From Candidatus Omnitrophota bacterium (GTDB taxonomy: Bacteria > Omnitrophota > Gorgyraeia > Zapsychrales > Fredricksoniimonadaceae), in contig JADFZK010000011.1 of the NCBI GenBank assembly GCA_015232565.1, forward strand, positions 358-64,357: a stretch of DNA of 64,000 bases. Reading direction: 5' to 3'. Position numbers and translations under genes: made by a program. Shown here piece by piece: positions 42,483 through 51,711 of the stretch; position 1 is the stretch's first letter; every line of letters begins with the position of its first letter. The notes beneath the pieces are model-generated. The model was not told where the DNA came from. It searched no databases and saw only the letters and a program-made list of their open reading frames with translations.

Positions 42483-43390
42483 GGGCGGTCGAGGGTAAAA
42501 TAGCTCAGGCGGGCCCAGGTCTTTTGTTTCTTCAGGCGCGACCAGATCAACAGGAAGTCCTGGTAGGCTTCCGCCCGGCGCAGGGTGCATTCTTCATGCA
42601 GGAAATTGACCGCCCGACGAAAATACACGTCACGGCCGGAACTGTCCTTGAATATCTTTATCAAACCCAGCCAGATATCAAAATTATGCATATCGCCCAA
42701 AGCCCGCTGGACTTTCATGGCCGCAAAAATAAAAGGCTTAACCTTGTTCCCGTACAGGCATTCGAAATTCTCCAAAGTGTACCGGAGATTTTTGGCCGCA
42801 ATGCGCATTTCATGCAATTCCTTCACGCAGGCGGCCTGACGCACATACGGCTCCAGGCTGAACATTTTCTCCAAACGCTCCAGGATATTGTTCTTGGCCC
42901 ACTCGTCGAGCGTTACCCCGGTCTCGGCCAGCGTCGGCTTAAGCCGGCGGATAGACTTGAAAACCTGGTGCTGATGCAAACGGGACAAGTCTTTTAGGAT
43001 GCGCGGCTGGATCTCGGCCCGGTCTTCCCGAAGCTCGTCGATGATCTCGAATATACCCTCGCGGTATTTAAGGCCCGGCGCAGTCTTGCCTCCGGCCGGC
43101 TCGGTGACCGGCCCCGCGGCCAGCTGGGTAAGATAAGAGATCTTGGTATCGATATCCCGCGCTTGTCCCAGCGAACGCAAAAGCCGCTTGATATTCAGGA
43201 TCGCCGCCTGATACTCGCGCGAGTTCACCGTTTCCTTAAAATCAGCCAGGGTACTCTTCAGCCGGCGCAGATCCACCCGCATACGATGCAAATGCTCGAT
43301 ATCCTGGCCCAGGCGCACTCCCTTAACCTCGGCCTCTACCGCCGCAATATGCTTTTCCACCAATTTGGTATACAGCGTCCGTTCATCCAT
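42479..43390 (-). CDS. CHAD-domain protein (polyphosphate-granule associated)
   Basis: ~300 aa, helical, with conserved His/Arg (HRMRVDLRRLK, KNLRY). Sits between the MPP-HD gene and ppk1. Confidence 0.65.
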   Translation of the reverse strand: MDERTLYTKLVEKHIAAVEAEVKGVRLGQDIEHLHRMRVDLRRLKSTLADFKETVNSREYQAAILNIKRLLRSLGQARDIDTKISYLTQLAAGPVTEPAGGKTAPGLKYREGIFEIIDELREDRAEIQPRILKDLSRLHQHQVFKSIRRLKPTLAETGVTLDEWAKNNILERLEKMFSLEPYVRQAACVKELHEMRIAAKNLRYTLENFECLYGNKVKPFIFAAMKVQRALGDMHNFDIWLGLIKIFKDSSGRDVYFRRAVNFLHEECTLRRAEAYQDFLLIWSRLKKQKTWARLSYFTLDRP

Positions 43391-45443
43391 AGTGTTTAAT
43401 GAAATAATCCTGGGCATTGAACCGGTCTTCCTCGGCTTTACGAAAAGAATACGTGCGCTGGCTTAATAACAGGCGCACCCGTTGATTGTCTTTCCAGGTC
43501 TGTTCCAGGACGAACCGCAAATGATCCTTGAGTTCCTGGCGATGGATCTCGAACAAGAGCTCGATGCGCCGGTCCAGGTTTCGGCTCATCCAGTCGGCGG
43601 AAGAAAGGAACATCCGGAACTCCGAATTATTATTGAACAGGAATATCCGGCTGTGCTCCAGGAAGCGTCCCACCAGGCTTTTCACCACGATGTTCTCGCT
43701 TAACCCCGGCACTCCGGGCACCAGCACGCAAATACCGCGCACGATCAAATGTACCTTTACCCCCTCGCGCGACGCCTCATAAAGCTTATCGATCATCCGG
43801 GTGTCTTCCAGCGAATTCATCTTGGCAAACACAAACCCGTTCTTGTACGCCCGCTGGAATTCGATCTCTTTATCAATAAGCTCAAAGAAATATTCCCGCA
43901 GGTCATAAGGGGATGAGATCACCCGCTTCCAGCGCGCCGGCTGGGAATACCCGGAGATCACATTGAACACGTCCGAAATATCCCGGGCAAAATCATCGTT
44001 GGCCGTAAAATAGCCGATATCAGTATAAACCCGGGCGGTCTTTTCATTATAATTGCCGGTGGACAAATGCACATAACGCCGGGTGCGGTTCTCTTCCCGG
44101 CGGACAATGAGCGTGATCTTGGAGTGGATCTTCATGCCCGCAATGCCATAGATCACATAACACCCGGATTCTTCCAGCTGGCGCGCCCAGCCGATGTTGC
44201 GCTCTTCGTCAAACCGGGCCTTGATCTCCACCAGCACCGTGACCTGCTTTTTATTCTTGGCCGCCGTTTTCAGCGCCTGAACTATTTCCGAATCCTCACT
44301 GGCGCGGTAAAGCGTCATTTTGATGGCCAGCACGTTGGGGTCGACCGCGGCCGCCTTGATCAGGTCTACCGTCGGCTGAAAAGACTGGTAGGGCATATGC
44401 AGGATGAAATCTTCTTCCTTTATACGGTCGAAAATATTCTCGTACTGCATCCTGGCCGGCGAGTATGACGGATAGAACAAGGCCGGGACTCCCGCCAACC
44501 CCACCAGCTGGAACAGGAAAGTAAGGTCTATTTCCCCGTTGATACGGGTAACTTCCTCCTTGAAAAAACCGGCCGCTTCCATGACCGCGTCGAGCAAAAG
44601 TTCCGGGCACGATTGCTCCACGGATAATTGCACCACCTTGGCCCGCGGGCGCTTCTTGATCTCTTCCTCGATCGATTCCAGCAGGTTCGGAGAAAATTCC
44701 TCGTCCACCGAAAGCTCGCTGTCGCGGATCAGCCTAAAGAGCGAAGCCCCGGTGATCTCATAACCGCGAAAAAAACTTTTCAGGTTATCGCGAATGATCT
44801 CGTCGATCAAAATGAACTCGAAAGAATCCTTGGCCGAAGGCAGTTTAACGATACGCGGAATGCTTTGCGGCACCGGGATGACCGCCAGATGGATAAGTTC
44901 CTGGTGCAAAAGATGCACCGCAAAAGCCAGCGTTTTGGAAGCCAGCACCGGGAACGGATGGCCCTGATCGATAGCCATGGGCGTAATTATCGGATACAAG
45001 GTGGAGTCGAAAAAACGTTTAGCAAATTTCTGCTGGTCGGCGGTCAACTCGCCGATCCGCCGGATGAAAATATTGTTCCGGGCCAGCTCGGGCTTAAGTT
45101 TCTGCTCGTAAATGCCATAAAGCCTTTCCACCAACTGAGCCGTGGTTTCGCGCACCTCGCGGTACACGTCCTGCGGATAATAACCGTAGATATCCTGCCG
45201 GTTATACTGGGCATCAAGCAGGCGCTTTAAGCCGGCCACCCGCACCATGATGAATTCGTCCAGGTTATTGGCAAAAATAGCCAGAAACCGCGCCCGTTCC
45301 AGCAGGGGATTCTCCGGTTCATCGGCCTCTTCCAGCACGCGGCCGTTAAACGCCAGCCAGCTTAAATCACGATGGATAAAACGATCCCGCTCATCCGGAG
45401 CCGGCGCAGAATTTACCTTTGGATCAGACATAGGAACCTTCAA
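43383..45443 (-). CDS. ppk: Polyphosphate kinase 1
   Basis: 686 aa. N-domain ERDRFIHRDLSWLAFNGRVLEEA and two PLD-like C-domains. Confidence 0.93.
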   Translation of the reverse strand: MKVPMSDPKVNSAPAPDERDRFIHRDLSWLAFNGRVLEEADEPENPLLERARFLAIFANNLDEFIMVRVAGLKRLLDAQYNRQDIYGYYPQDVYREVRETTAQLVERLYGIYEQKLKPELARNNIFIRRIGELTADQQKFAKRFFDSTLYPIITPMAIDQGHPFPVLASKTLAFAVHLLHQELIHLAVIPVPQSIPRIVKLPSAKDSFEFILIDEIIRDNLKSFFRGYEITGASLFRLIRDSELSVDEEFSPNLLESIEEEIKKRPRAKVVQLSVEQSCPELLLDAVMEAAGFFKEEVTRINGEIDLTFLFQLVGLAGVPALFYPSYSPARMQYENIFDRIKEEDFILHMPYQSFQPTVDLIKAAAVDPNVLAIKMTLYRASEDSEIVQALKTAAKNKKQVTVLVEIKARFDEERNIGWARQLEESGCYVIYGIAGMKIHSKITLIVRREENRTRRYVHLSTGNYNEKTARVYTDIGYFTANDDFARDISDVFNVISGYSQPARWKRVISSPYDLREYFFELIDKEIEFQRAYKNGFVFAKMNSLEDTRMIDKLYEASREGVKVHLIVRGICVLVPGVPGLSENIVVKSLVGRFLEHSRIFLFNNNSEFRMFLSSADWMSRNLDRRIELLFEIHRQELKDHLRFVLEQTWKDNQRVRLLLSQRTYSFRKAEEDRFNAQDYFIKHYG

Positions 45444-46972
45444 AAACTTTCGTTGATCACCAGCCGGATCCGGCTGCCGGTTATACGTTCAAAAAGCTCT
45501 TTCTTTTCCAGGAAGTCATTCTTCTCCAGGAGAAAATTATCCCGCGAATCCACCTGCAGGGTAACATCATCACTGGTGCCGTTGAGCACCTTTAATTCCT
45601 GCACTTTCTGCCGATGCGCATGGTCCAGCGCATTGGCAATGCGCAAAAGCGCCGACAGTTTTTGCACCGCGATCTGACGGTCGTCCGACAGGCTGTTATA
45701 CACCAGATGCGACCTCTGCGGATCGCCCCGGCGATGATAACGCGCCACGCAAGCGATAGTCTTGATCTCTTCGTCAGTAAGGCGGAAAAGATTCAGTGAA
45801 CTAATGATATATTCCGAATGTTTGTGGTGCGCGCGATTGGAAATGAACTTGCCGATATCGTGCAGATAAGCCGCCAGGCTCAGGTAAAGCAGGTCGCGTT
45901 CCTCCAGCCCCAGCTGTGCCCCCAAACCCTCAAAAAGCACCTTGGCCAGGTGGGCCACATGCTTGGAATGATCGATATTAACATTGTATTGCTCGCAGAT
46001 CGAGTGCGCCACCGACAAAAGCTGATTGGACTTGTTATACCTTCTCGAAAGCTCCAGCCCCAGCACTTTATTGGCCAGCACCGCCTCGGCCAGCGAAGTC
46101 TCCAGGATATAGACGTGCGGAATGCCCGTTAATTCAAAGAACATCTTAAGGACCACCATGTAAGGCAAAAGCGCCTCGGTGTTCTCTACCGGCAGGTCGT
46201 AATCGTGGGCCACTTCCTCATTGGTCTTTTCGGTCAACTCGGTAATAACTTTGTCCACCTCGTTAACACTGAACTGAAAGAAATTGGTCGAAACCTTCTT
46301 GCTCGGCAGGATGGCTTTTAACAGGTCCTGGTTCTCGTCGATCAGGAAAATATCATCCACATGCAGGCGCGGCAGGCGCGTCTTAAGGTAACGAAACTCG
46401 TTCTCGATATATTCATGCACCGCTTCCGCCAGCTCTTCCTTACTGCCGTCGATCTTGCCCGTCAGCTGTTTAAACCGCAACGCGCCCAGGGCCAGCCCGG
46501 TGTTCATCAGGGTAAACCCTTTTTTCAAGATCGAGATATCCAGGCTGCCCGCCCCCATTTCAGCGATCAGCAGATTCTTGTTATGAACGGGATAAGTACC
46601 TTTCAATTTGTGGGAAATATAAGCGTCAATGTAGTAAACAATGTCGCCGACATTAAGCACATCGATCTCGAGCCCCGTCTTGCGCCGTACCGTATCCACG
46701 AAAATATTCCGGTTATCCGCTTCCCGCACCGCGGTGGTGCCGATCACGAACACCTGGTTTACATTGTATTCCCGCAGGATCTTTTTATATTTCTCGAGGG
46801 TGTTGATGGTGAGATTAATGAGTTCCTGCGAAATGCTCCCTTTGAGGAAAGTGGCCCGCCCGATAGGCACCACGTTCTTCAGGGACTCGATGATCATAAT
46901 ATCGCCGTCGGAAGGCTCACCGATAAGCAGCTTGATGGAATTGGATCCTATATCAATTACACCGCTAGCCAT
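45440..46972 (-). CDS. ppx: Exopolyphosphatase / guanosine pentaphosphate phosphohydrolase (Ppx/GppA) with a C-terminal HD-like domain
   Basis: ASGVIDIGSNSIKLLIGE actin-like ATPase fold N-terminus. 4-nt overlap with ppk. Confidence 0.88.
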   Translation of the reverse strand: MASGVIDIGSNSIKLLIGEPSDGDIMIIESLKNVVPIGRATFLKGSISQELINLTINTLEKYKKILREYNVNQVFVIGTTAVREADNRNIFVDTVRRKTGLEIDVLNVGDIVYYIDAYISHKLKGTYPVHNKNLLIAEMGAGSLDISILKKGFTLMNTGLALGALRFKQLTGKIDGSKEELAEAVHEYIENEFRYLKTRLPRLHVDDIFLIDENQDLLKAILPSKKVSTNFFQFSVNEVDKVITELTEKTNEEVAHDYDLPVENTEALLPYMVVLKMFFELTGIPHVYILETSLAEAVLANKVLGLELSRRYNKSNQLLSVAHSICEQYNVNIDHSKHVAHLAKVLFEGLGAQLGLEERDLLYLSLAAYLHDIGKFISNRAHHKHSEYIISSLNLFRLTDEEIKTIACVARYHRRGDPQRSHLVYNSLSDDRQIAVQKLSALLRIANALDHAHRQKVQELKVLNGTSDDVTLQVDSRDNFLLEKNDFLEKKELFERITGSRIRLVINESF

Positions 46973-46976
46973 ATTC

Positions 46977-49415
46977 TTAACCCGTACGCACCTTGAGCAT
47001 ATCGCCCAACTGCCCAAAACTTTTCAGCCAGTCCACCGCCCCCGCATCCCCGGCGGCCGCCTGGGCGCGTTTTTCCCGTTCTGCAGTCTGGGCTATAGCA
47101 TAATAAATATTCTGCGCTTTCCAGTAATCCTGGTCCAGCCGTAAACTGGCCAGCAAACGCACCAGTTCACTGATATTCTCCAGCAAAGCGCCGTCATTGG
47201 GATTACGTGCAAAACGCGCCATCAATTCATTGACCTTGTGCCCGCCGGTAAATTCCAGCTGTTCCTTGCCGCGGTTAAACGGCCAGCGGCTGATCTCGCT
47301 GACCATCCGCCGCAGTTTGTCCAGCGGCACATCCGGCATGGCCAACAGCCGCAGGATATCGCGGTTCAGCACAAACTCCACTACGCCGGACAAAGTCTTG
47401 GGCAGGGGCATATGATTTTCATTGATCATCCGGATCAGCGAATAATGGTCCTCGTATATCCGGCGGAACGACGCCTCGACCTCACGCATCGTGGATTCAA
47501 AGATACTGTCCAGAATAGACTGCTGTTCCTGCCGGAACAAATGCCAGAGAGAATAATTCTTCGAACCGAAATAACGGTTGATAACATGAATAGCGCGCGG
47601 AATATCGCCCTCGGAAAATATTTGCAAAACCTCCTGGCGCATCTTGTTGAACCAGGCGTCATCGCGATAGTAATCCACTCCGGTAATAAAATTATGATCT
47701 CCCAGGTGCAAAACAATATAATGCACCTCAAACTTGGTCCAGGTGACCTCGGAAATGATCTCGCAATGGCCGGCCACCAGGGCCAGCTTGCCGACGGTCT
47801 GCTTGTCGTGCACCTTACGGATGACCTTAAAACAATACAGGTCGGCTTCCGGCGGATAATCCTGATACAGCGAGCTCATGGCGTAATGCGCGCCGACCCG
47901 CAGGATATCCACGATCGAAGGCTCCACATAGGTCTTGTAGATCCGCGCCCCGTTATTGGCCTCGGGCACATTGCTTTTGGCCTTACCCAGGATCTCGATA
48001 AACCCCAGCTCCAGGTCCTCCTCGGTAACGCGGCGCACCAGCTGGATAACCCGGGCAGCATACTTGATTATCTGTACGGTCTCGATGCCGGATATATCAT
48101 CAAAAAACCAGCCGCAACTGGTATACATCAGCAAGGCATTGCGCTGGGTTTCCAGACAACGCAGGATGCGGTTCTTTTCTTTAAGCTCCAACCCCGGGCG
48201 AATATGCTCGCTGAAGAAAAGCTCCACATTGGCGTGCGTACGGTCCAGAATGACCTCAATATAAGCATCCCGGAGTTTCCAGGGTCCGTTGGGCTCCGGC
48301 ACATAAGCCTTTAATTCCCGCACAAAAACTTCGGCCGTACGGTCGCGCAACCAGTCGAGCGCCTCCCGCAGGGGAGCGCGCCACTCCTGTTGCCACCCTG
48401 GTCGGCCGCCGGAATTGCAGCCGCAATTATCCCGCCAGCGCTCGATCCCGTGCAGACAACTCCAGGAGCTGTTCTCCACGATCTCCACCTCATACTCGGG
48501 CGGATTGCGCTCCAGATACTCGCCGTAAATAGTGATGCCGGCCAGATTGTTCTTTTCCACATAATACAAAGCGTATGCCAGCGCCATATCACCAAACTTG
48601 TGATGATGGCCGTAACTTTCGCCGTCGGTCGCAATATGCACCAATTGCGGTTTGGCCGTACGGCGGTCCAGCGCGCCCAGAATGCGGTTGGCCAGGGCCT
48701 CGCCGCTGTTCAAAAGCCCTTCAAAAGCCACCGCCTGGGAAATATGGCCGTCATAAAAGAATAAGGCTATAGTGCGGCCCGACGGCAGACGACACAAATA
48801 AGGCCTCCGCAGATCGATAGCCTCAGCGTCTTCCTCATTCCAGGTTCGACTGGCAGTGATCTTTTTAGCCCGTTTGGCCTGATGCGGCGCCAGCACCGTG
48901 AACTTAATACCCTGCTCGGCCATCAGGTCCAGGCTCTCAAGGTCCACAGCGGTCTCGGCCAGCCACATGCCTTCCGGCCGGCGCTGAAAGCGCGACTCGA
49001 AATCCTCGATCCCCCAGATTATCTGTGTCCGCTTGTCGGCCGCATTGGCCAGCGGCATGATCATGTGATTATAAACCTGCGCCATGGCCGACCCGTGGCC
49101 GGAAAAACGCGTACGGCTTAACCGGTCAGCCTCCAGCACCGAGCGGTAAGCATCAGGGTCCTTTTTTTCCATCCAGGAAAGCAGGGTGGCCCCCATGTTA
49201 AAACTTATTTTGGAATAGGTGTTCACGATCTCAACTACCCGGCCCTCATTGTCCAGGATCCGGGAAGCCCCGTTACGGGCGTAGCATTCGGTGGAAATGC
49301 GCTCGTTCCAGTCGTGATACGGCTGGGCAGATTCCTGCAATTCCACCTCTTCCAGCCACGGATTCTCGCGCGGCGGCTGATAAAAATGCCCATGGATACA
49401 TATGAATTTATTCAT
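46977..49415 (-). CDS. Glycoside hydrolase family 57 protein (alpha-glucan branching / 4-alpha-glucanotransferase type) with a C-terminal DUF3536-like region
   Basis: HGHFYQPPREN, the GH57 N-terminal signature; 812 aa. Confidence 0.85.
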   Translation of the reverse strand: MNKFICIHGHFYQPPRENPWLEEVELQESAQPYHDWNERISTECYARNGASRILDNEGRVVEIVNTYSKISFNMGATLLSWMEKKDPDAYRSVLEADRLSRTRFSGHGSAMAQVYNHMIMPLANAADKRTQIIWGIEDFESRFQRRPEGMWLAETAVDLESLDLMAEQGIKFTVLAPHQAKRAKKITASRTWNEEDAEAIDLRRPYLCRLPSGRTIALFFYDGHISQAVAFEGLLNSGEALANRILGALDRRTAKPQLVHIATDGESYGHHHKFGDMALAYALYYVEKNNLAGITIYGEYLERNPPEYEVEIVENSSWSCLHGIERWRDNCGCNSGGRPGWQQEWRAPLREALDWLRDRTAEVFVRELKAYVPEPNGPWKLRDAYIEVILDRTHANVELFFSEHIRPGLELKEKNRILRCLETQRNALLMYTSCGWFFDDISGIETVQIIKYAARVIQLVRRVTEEDLELGFIEILGKAKSNVPEANNGARIYKTYVEPSIVDILRVGAHYAMSSLYQDYPPEADLYCFKVIRKVHDKQTVGKLALVAGHCEIISEVTWTKFEVHYIVLHLGDHNFITGVDYYRDDAWFNKMRQEVLQIFSEGDIPRAIHVINRYFGSKNYSLWHLFRQEQQSILDSIFESTMREVEASFRRIYEDHYSLIRMINENHMPLPKTLSGVVEFVLNRDILRLLAMPDVPLDKLRRMVSEISRWPFNRGKEQLEFTGGHKVNELMARFARNPNDGALLENISELVRLLASLRLDQDYWKAQNIYYAIAQTAEREKRAQAAAGDAGAVDWLKSFGQLGDMLKVRTG

Positions 49416-49618
49416 CGGAACCTAAACCTCTCACCTTAATAGAAAACCCGTCCTGGTGTAGCGTGTCTGTCGCTTCTTTACATTTGAAGAGCATCTTGTT
49501 TTCGAACGTATAGGAAAGCATTTTATACTCGCCTGTACCATAAAAACTTTCGTGATAATGCTTAACGGCCGGAAAACTGTGCCGCTAAACATTATCACGA
49601 AAACATTATCCTCGGCAC

Positions 49619-51631
49619 TTAACGCGTAATGCGAAAAAACGTCACGCTTAAAGGCGGCAAGCGCAGGTTAAGCGAATGCTCACGGCCATTCCAGCCGATC
49701 GCCTCGCTCATTACTCCGCCGGCATTACCCTTGTTGCTTCCACCATACAGCGCGGCATCCGAATTCAACAGTTCCCGCCAATATCCCGGCTGAGGCACCC
49801 CCACCCGGTAATTGTCCCGCATGACAGGAGTGAAATTACACACCACCAGAATATCCTCACTACGATTCCCGGTTTTGCGCACCCAGGTCAGCACACAATC
49901 CTCCCAGGCCCCGCACTCGATCCATTCAAAGCCGTGATGGCTGAAATCGTCCGCATAGAGCGCCGGTTCACGGCGATACATCGCATTGAGATCCTGCATC
50001 CACTTCTGCGCGCCCTGATGCGGCTGCCAGTTTAACAAATGCCAGTCGAGGCTGGTCTGATAGTTCCATTCATCCCACTGCCCGAACTCGCCGCCCATAA
50101 AATGCAGTTTCTTGCCCGGCTGACCGAACATATACCCGAACAACAGGCGCAAATTAGCGAACTTCTGCCAATCGTCCCCGGGCATTTTATTGAGCAAAGC
50201 GCCCTTGCCATGTACCACCTCGTCGTGCGACAGGGACATCATGAAATTCTCGGTGAACGCATAAAGCAGGCCGAAAGTAAGCTGACCATGATGATGCTTG
50301 CGGTAGACCGGGTCCTTGGTGAAATACACCAAAGTATCGTGCATCCAGCCCATGTTCCATTTCATGCCAAACCCCAGGCCGCCATCCCAAACCGGCTTGG
50401 ACACTTTGGTCCAGGCCGTGGACTCCTCGGCAGTCATCAAAATATCCGGATGCGCCGCGTACACCGCTTCGTTCAGGCGCTTGATGAAGTCGATCGCTTC
50501 CAGGTTTTCGCGCCCGCCAAAACAATTCGGGATCCACTCGCCTTCCTTGCGGGAATAATCCAGGTACAGCATGGAAGCCACGCCATCCACCCGCAAGCCA
50601 TCAGCATGATATTTGTCGAACCAGAACAAGGCGCTGGAAATAAGGTAATTGCGCACCTCAACCCGGCCGTAATTAAAGATCGAACTTTTCCAGTCCGGAT
50701 GGAACCCCTTACGCTGGTCTTCATGCTCATAAAGCGAAGTGCCGTCAAACTGGTAAAGCCCATGGCCGTCATTAGGAAAATGCGACGGGACCCAGTCAAT
50801 AAAAACCCCGATGTCGTTCTGGTGCATCTTGTCTATCAGGAACATCAGCTCCTGCGGTCCGCCAAAGAACGACGCCGGCGCAAAAAAACCGATCGTCTGA
50901 TAACCCCACGACCCCTGGAACGGATGCGCCAGTACCGGCATGAATTCCACGTGCGTATAACCCATCTTTTTTACATAAGCCACCAGCTTGTCGGCCATTT
51001 CCACATACGTCAGCGAACGATTGCCGTCTTCCGGAACGCGCATCCACGAACCCAAATGAACTTCGTATACCGAGATCGGCGCATTCAGGGCATTGTTGTT
51101 CTTGCGTTTTTCCATCCAGGCCTGATCGCGCCACTGATACTCCAGGTCCCACACGATACTCGCCGACTTGGGCGGAACTTCCGAATGACGCCCCATAGGA
51201 TCGGACTTTTCCAGCTCCCAGCCCTGCCGGGTACGGATATAATATTTATAATGATCCCCATGTCCCAGGCCCGCCACAAAACCTTCCCACACCCCGGATT
51301 GATCGCCGCGGCAGTTCAGCCTGGTCGCCTGGCGGTTCCAGCCATTAAAATCACCAATGACCGTGACCACTTCCGCGTTCGGCGCCCACACCGCAAACCA
51401 CACGCCCTTGACGCCATCGCGCTCAATAATATGCGCGCCCAGCTTGTCGTACAGATTAAAATGATTGCCTTCCCGGATAAGATGTATATCAAAGTCAGAC
51501 AGGTAGCAATTCACAGGTTTGTTCTCCTTTAAATAGCCCTGGGCTTCACAGACAACCTTCTTTGCTTCTTTGCGCGACACGGTGCGCGCCGGTTTTTTTA
51601 CTCGACCAGAAAGAAGTGTAGCTGTTGGCAT
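49619..51631 (-). CDS. glgB: 1,4-alpha-glucan branching enzyme
   Basis: CBM48 (VWFAVWAPNAEVVTVIGDFNGW) plus a GH13 catalytic domain. Confidence 0.93.
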   Translation of the reverse strand: MPTATLLSGRVKKPARTVSRKEAKKVVCEAQGYLKENKPVNCYLSDFDIHLIREGNHFNLYDKLGAHIIERDGVKGVWFAVWAPNAEVVTVIGDFNGWNRQATRLNCRGDQSGVWEGFVAGLGHGDHYKYYIRTRQGWELEKSDPMGRHSEVPPKSASIVWDLEYQWRDQAWMEKRKNNNALNAPISVYEVHLGSWMRVPEDGNRSLTYVEMADKLVAYVKKMGYTHVEFMPVLAHPFQGSWGYQTIGFFAPASFFGGPQELMFLIDKMHQNDIGVFIDWVPSHFPNDGHGLYQFDGTSLYEHEDQRKGFHPDWKSSIFNYGRVEVRNYLISSALFWFDKYHADGLRVDGVASMLYLDYSRKEGEWIPNCFGGRENLEAIDFIKRLNEAVYAAHPDILMTAEESTAWTKVSKPVWDGGLGFGMKWNMGWMHDTLVYFTKDPVYRKHHHGQLTFGLLYAFTENFMMSLSHDEVVHGKGALLNKMPGDDWQKFANLRLLFGYMFGQPGKKLHFMGGEFGQWDEWNYQTSLDWHLLNWQPHQGAQKWMQDLNAMYRREPALYADDFSHHGFEWIECGAWEDCVLTWVRKTGNRSEDILVVCNFTPVMRDNYRVGVPQPGYWRELLNSDAALYGGSNKGNAGGVMSEAIGWNGREHSLNLRLPPLSVTFFRITR

Positions 51632-51711
51632 GATAACTCTCCATTGCAACGTTTGATTTTATATAAAAACCGCGCCGGTCCGGCCAGGCCATACAGCGCG
51701 TGACAAAAAGG

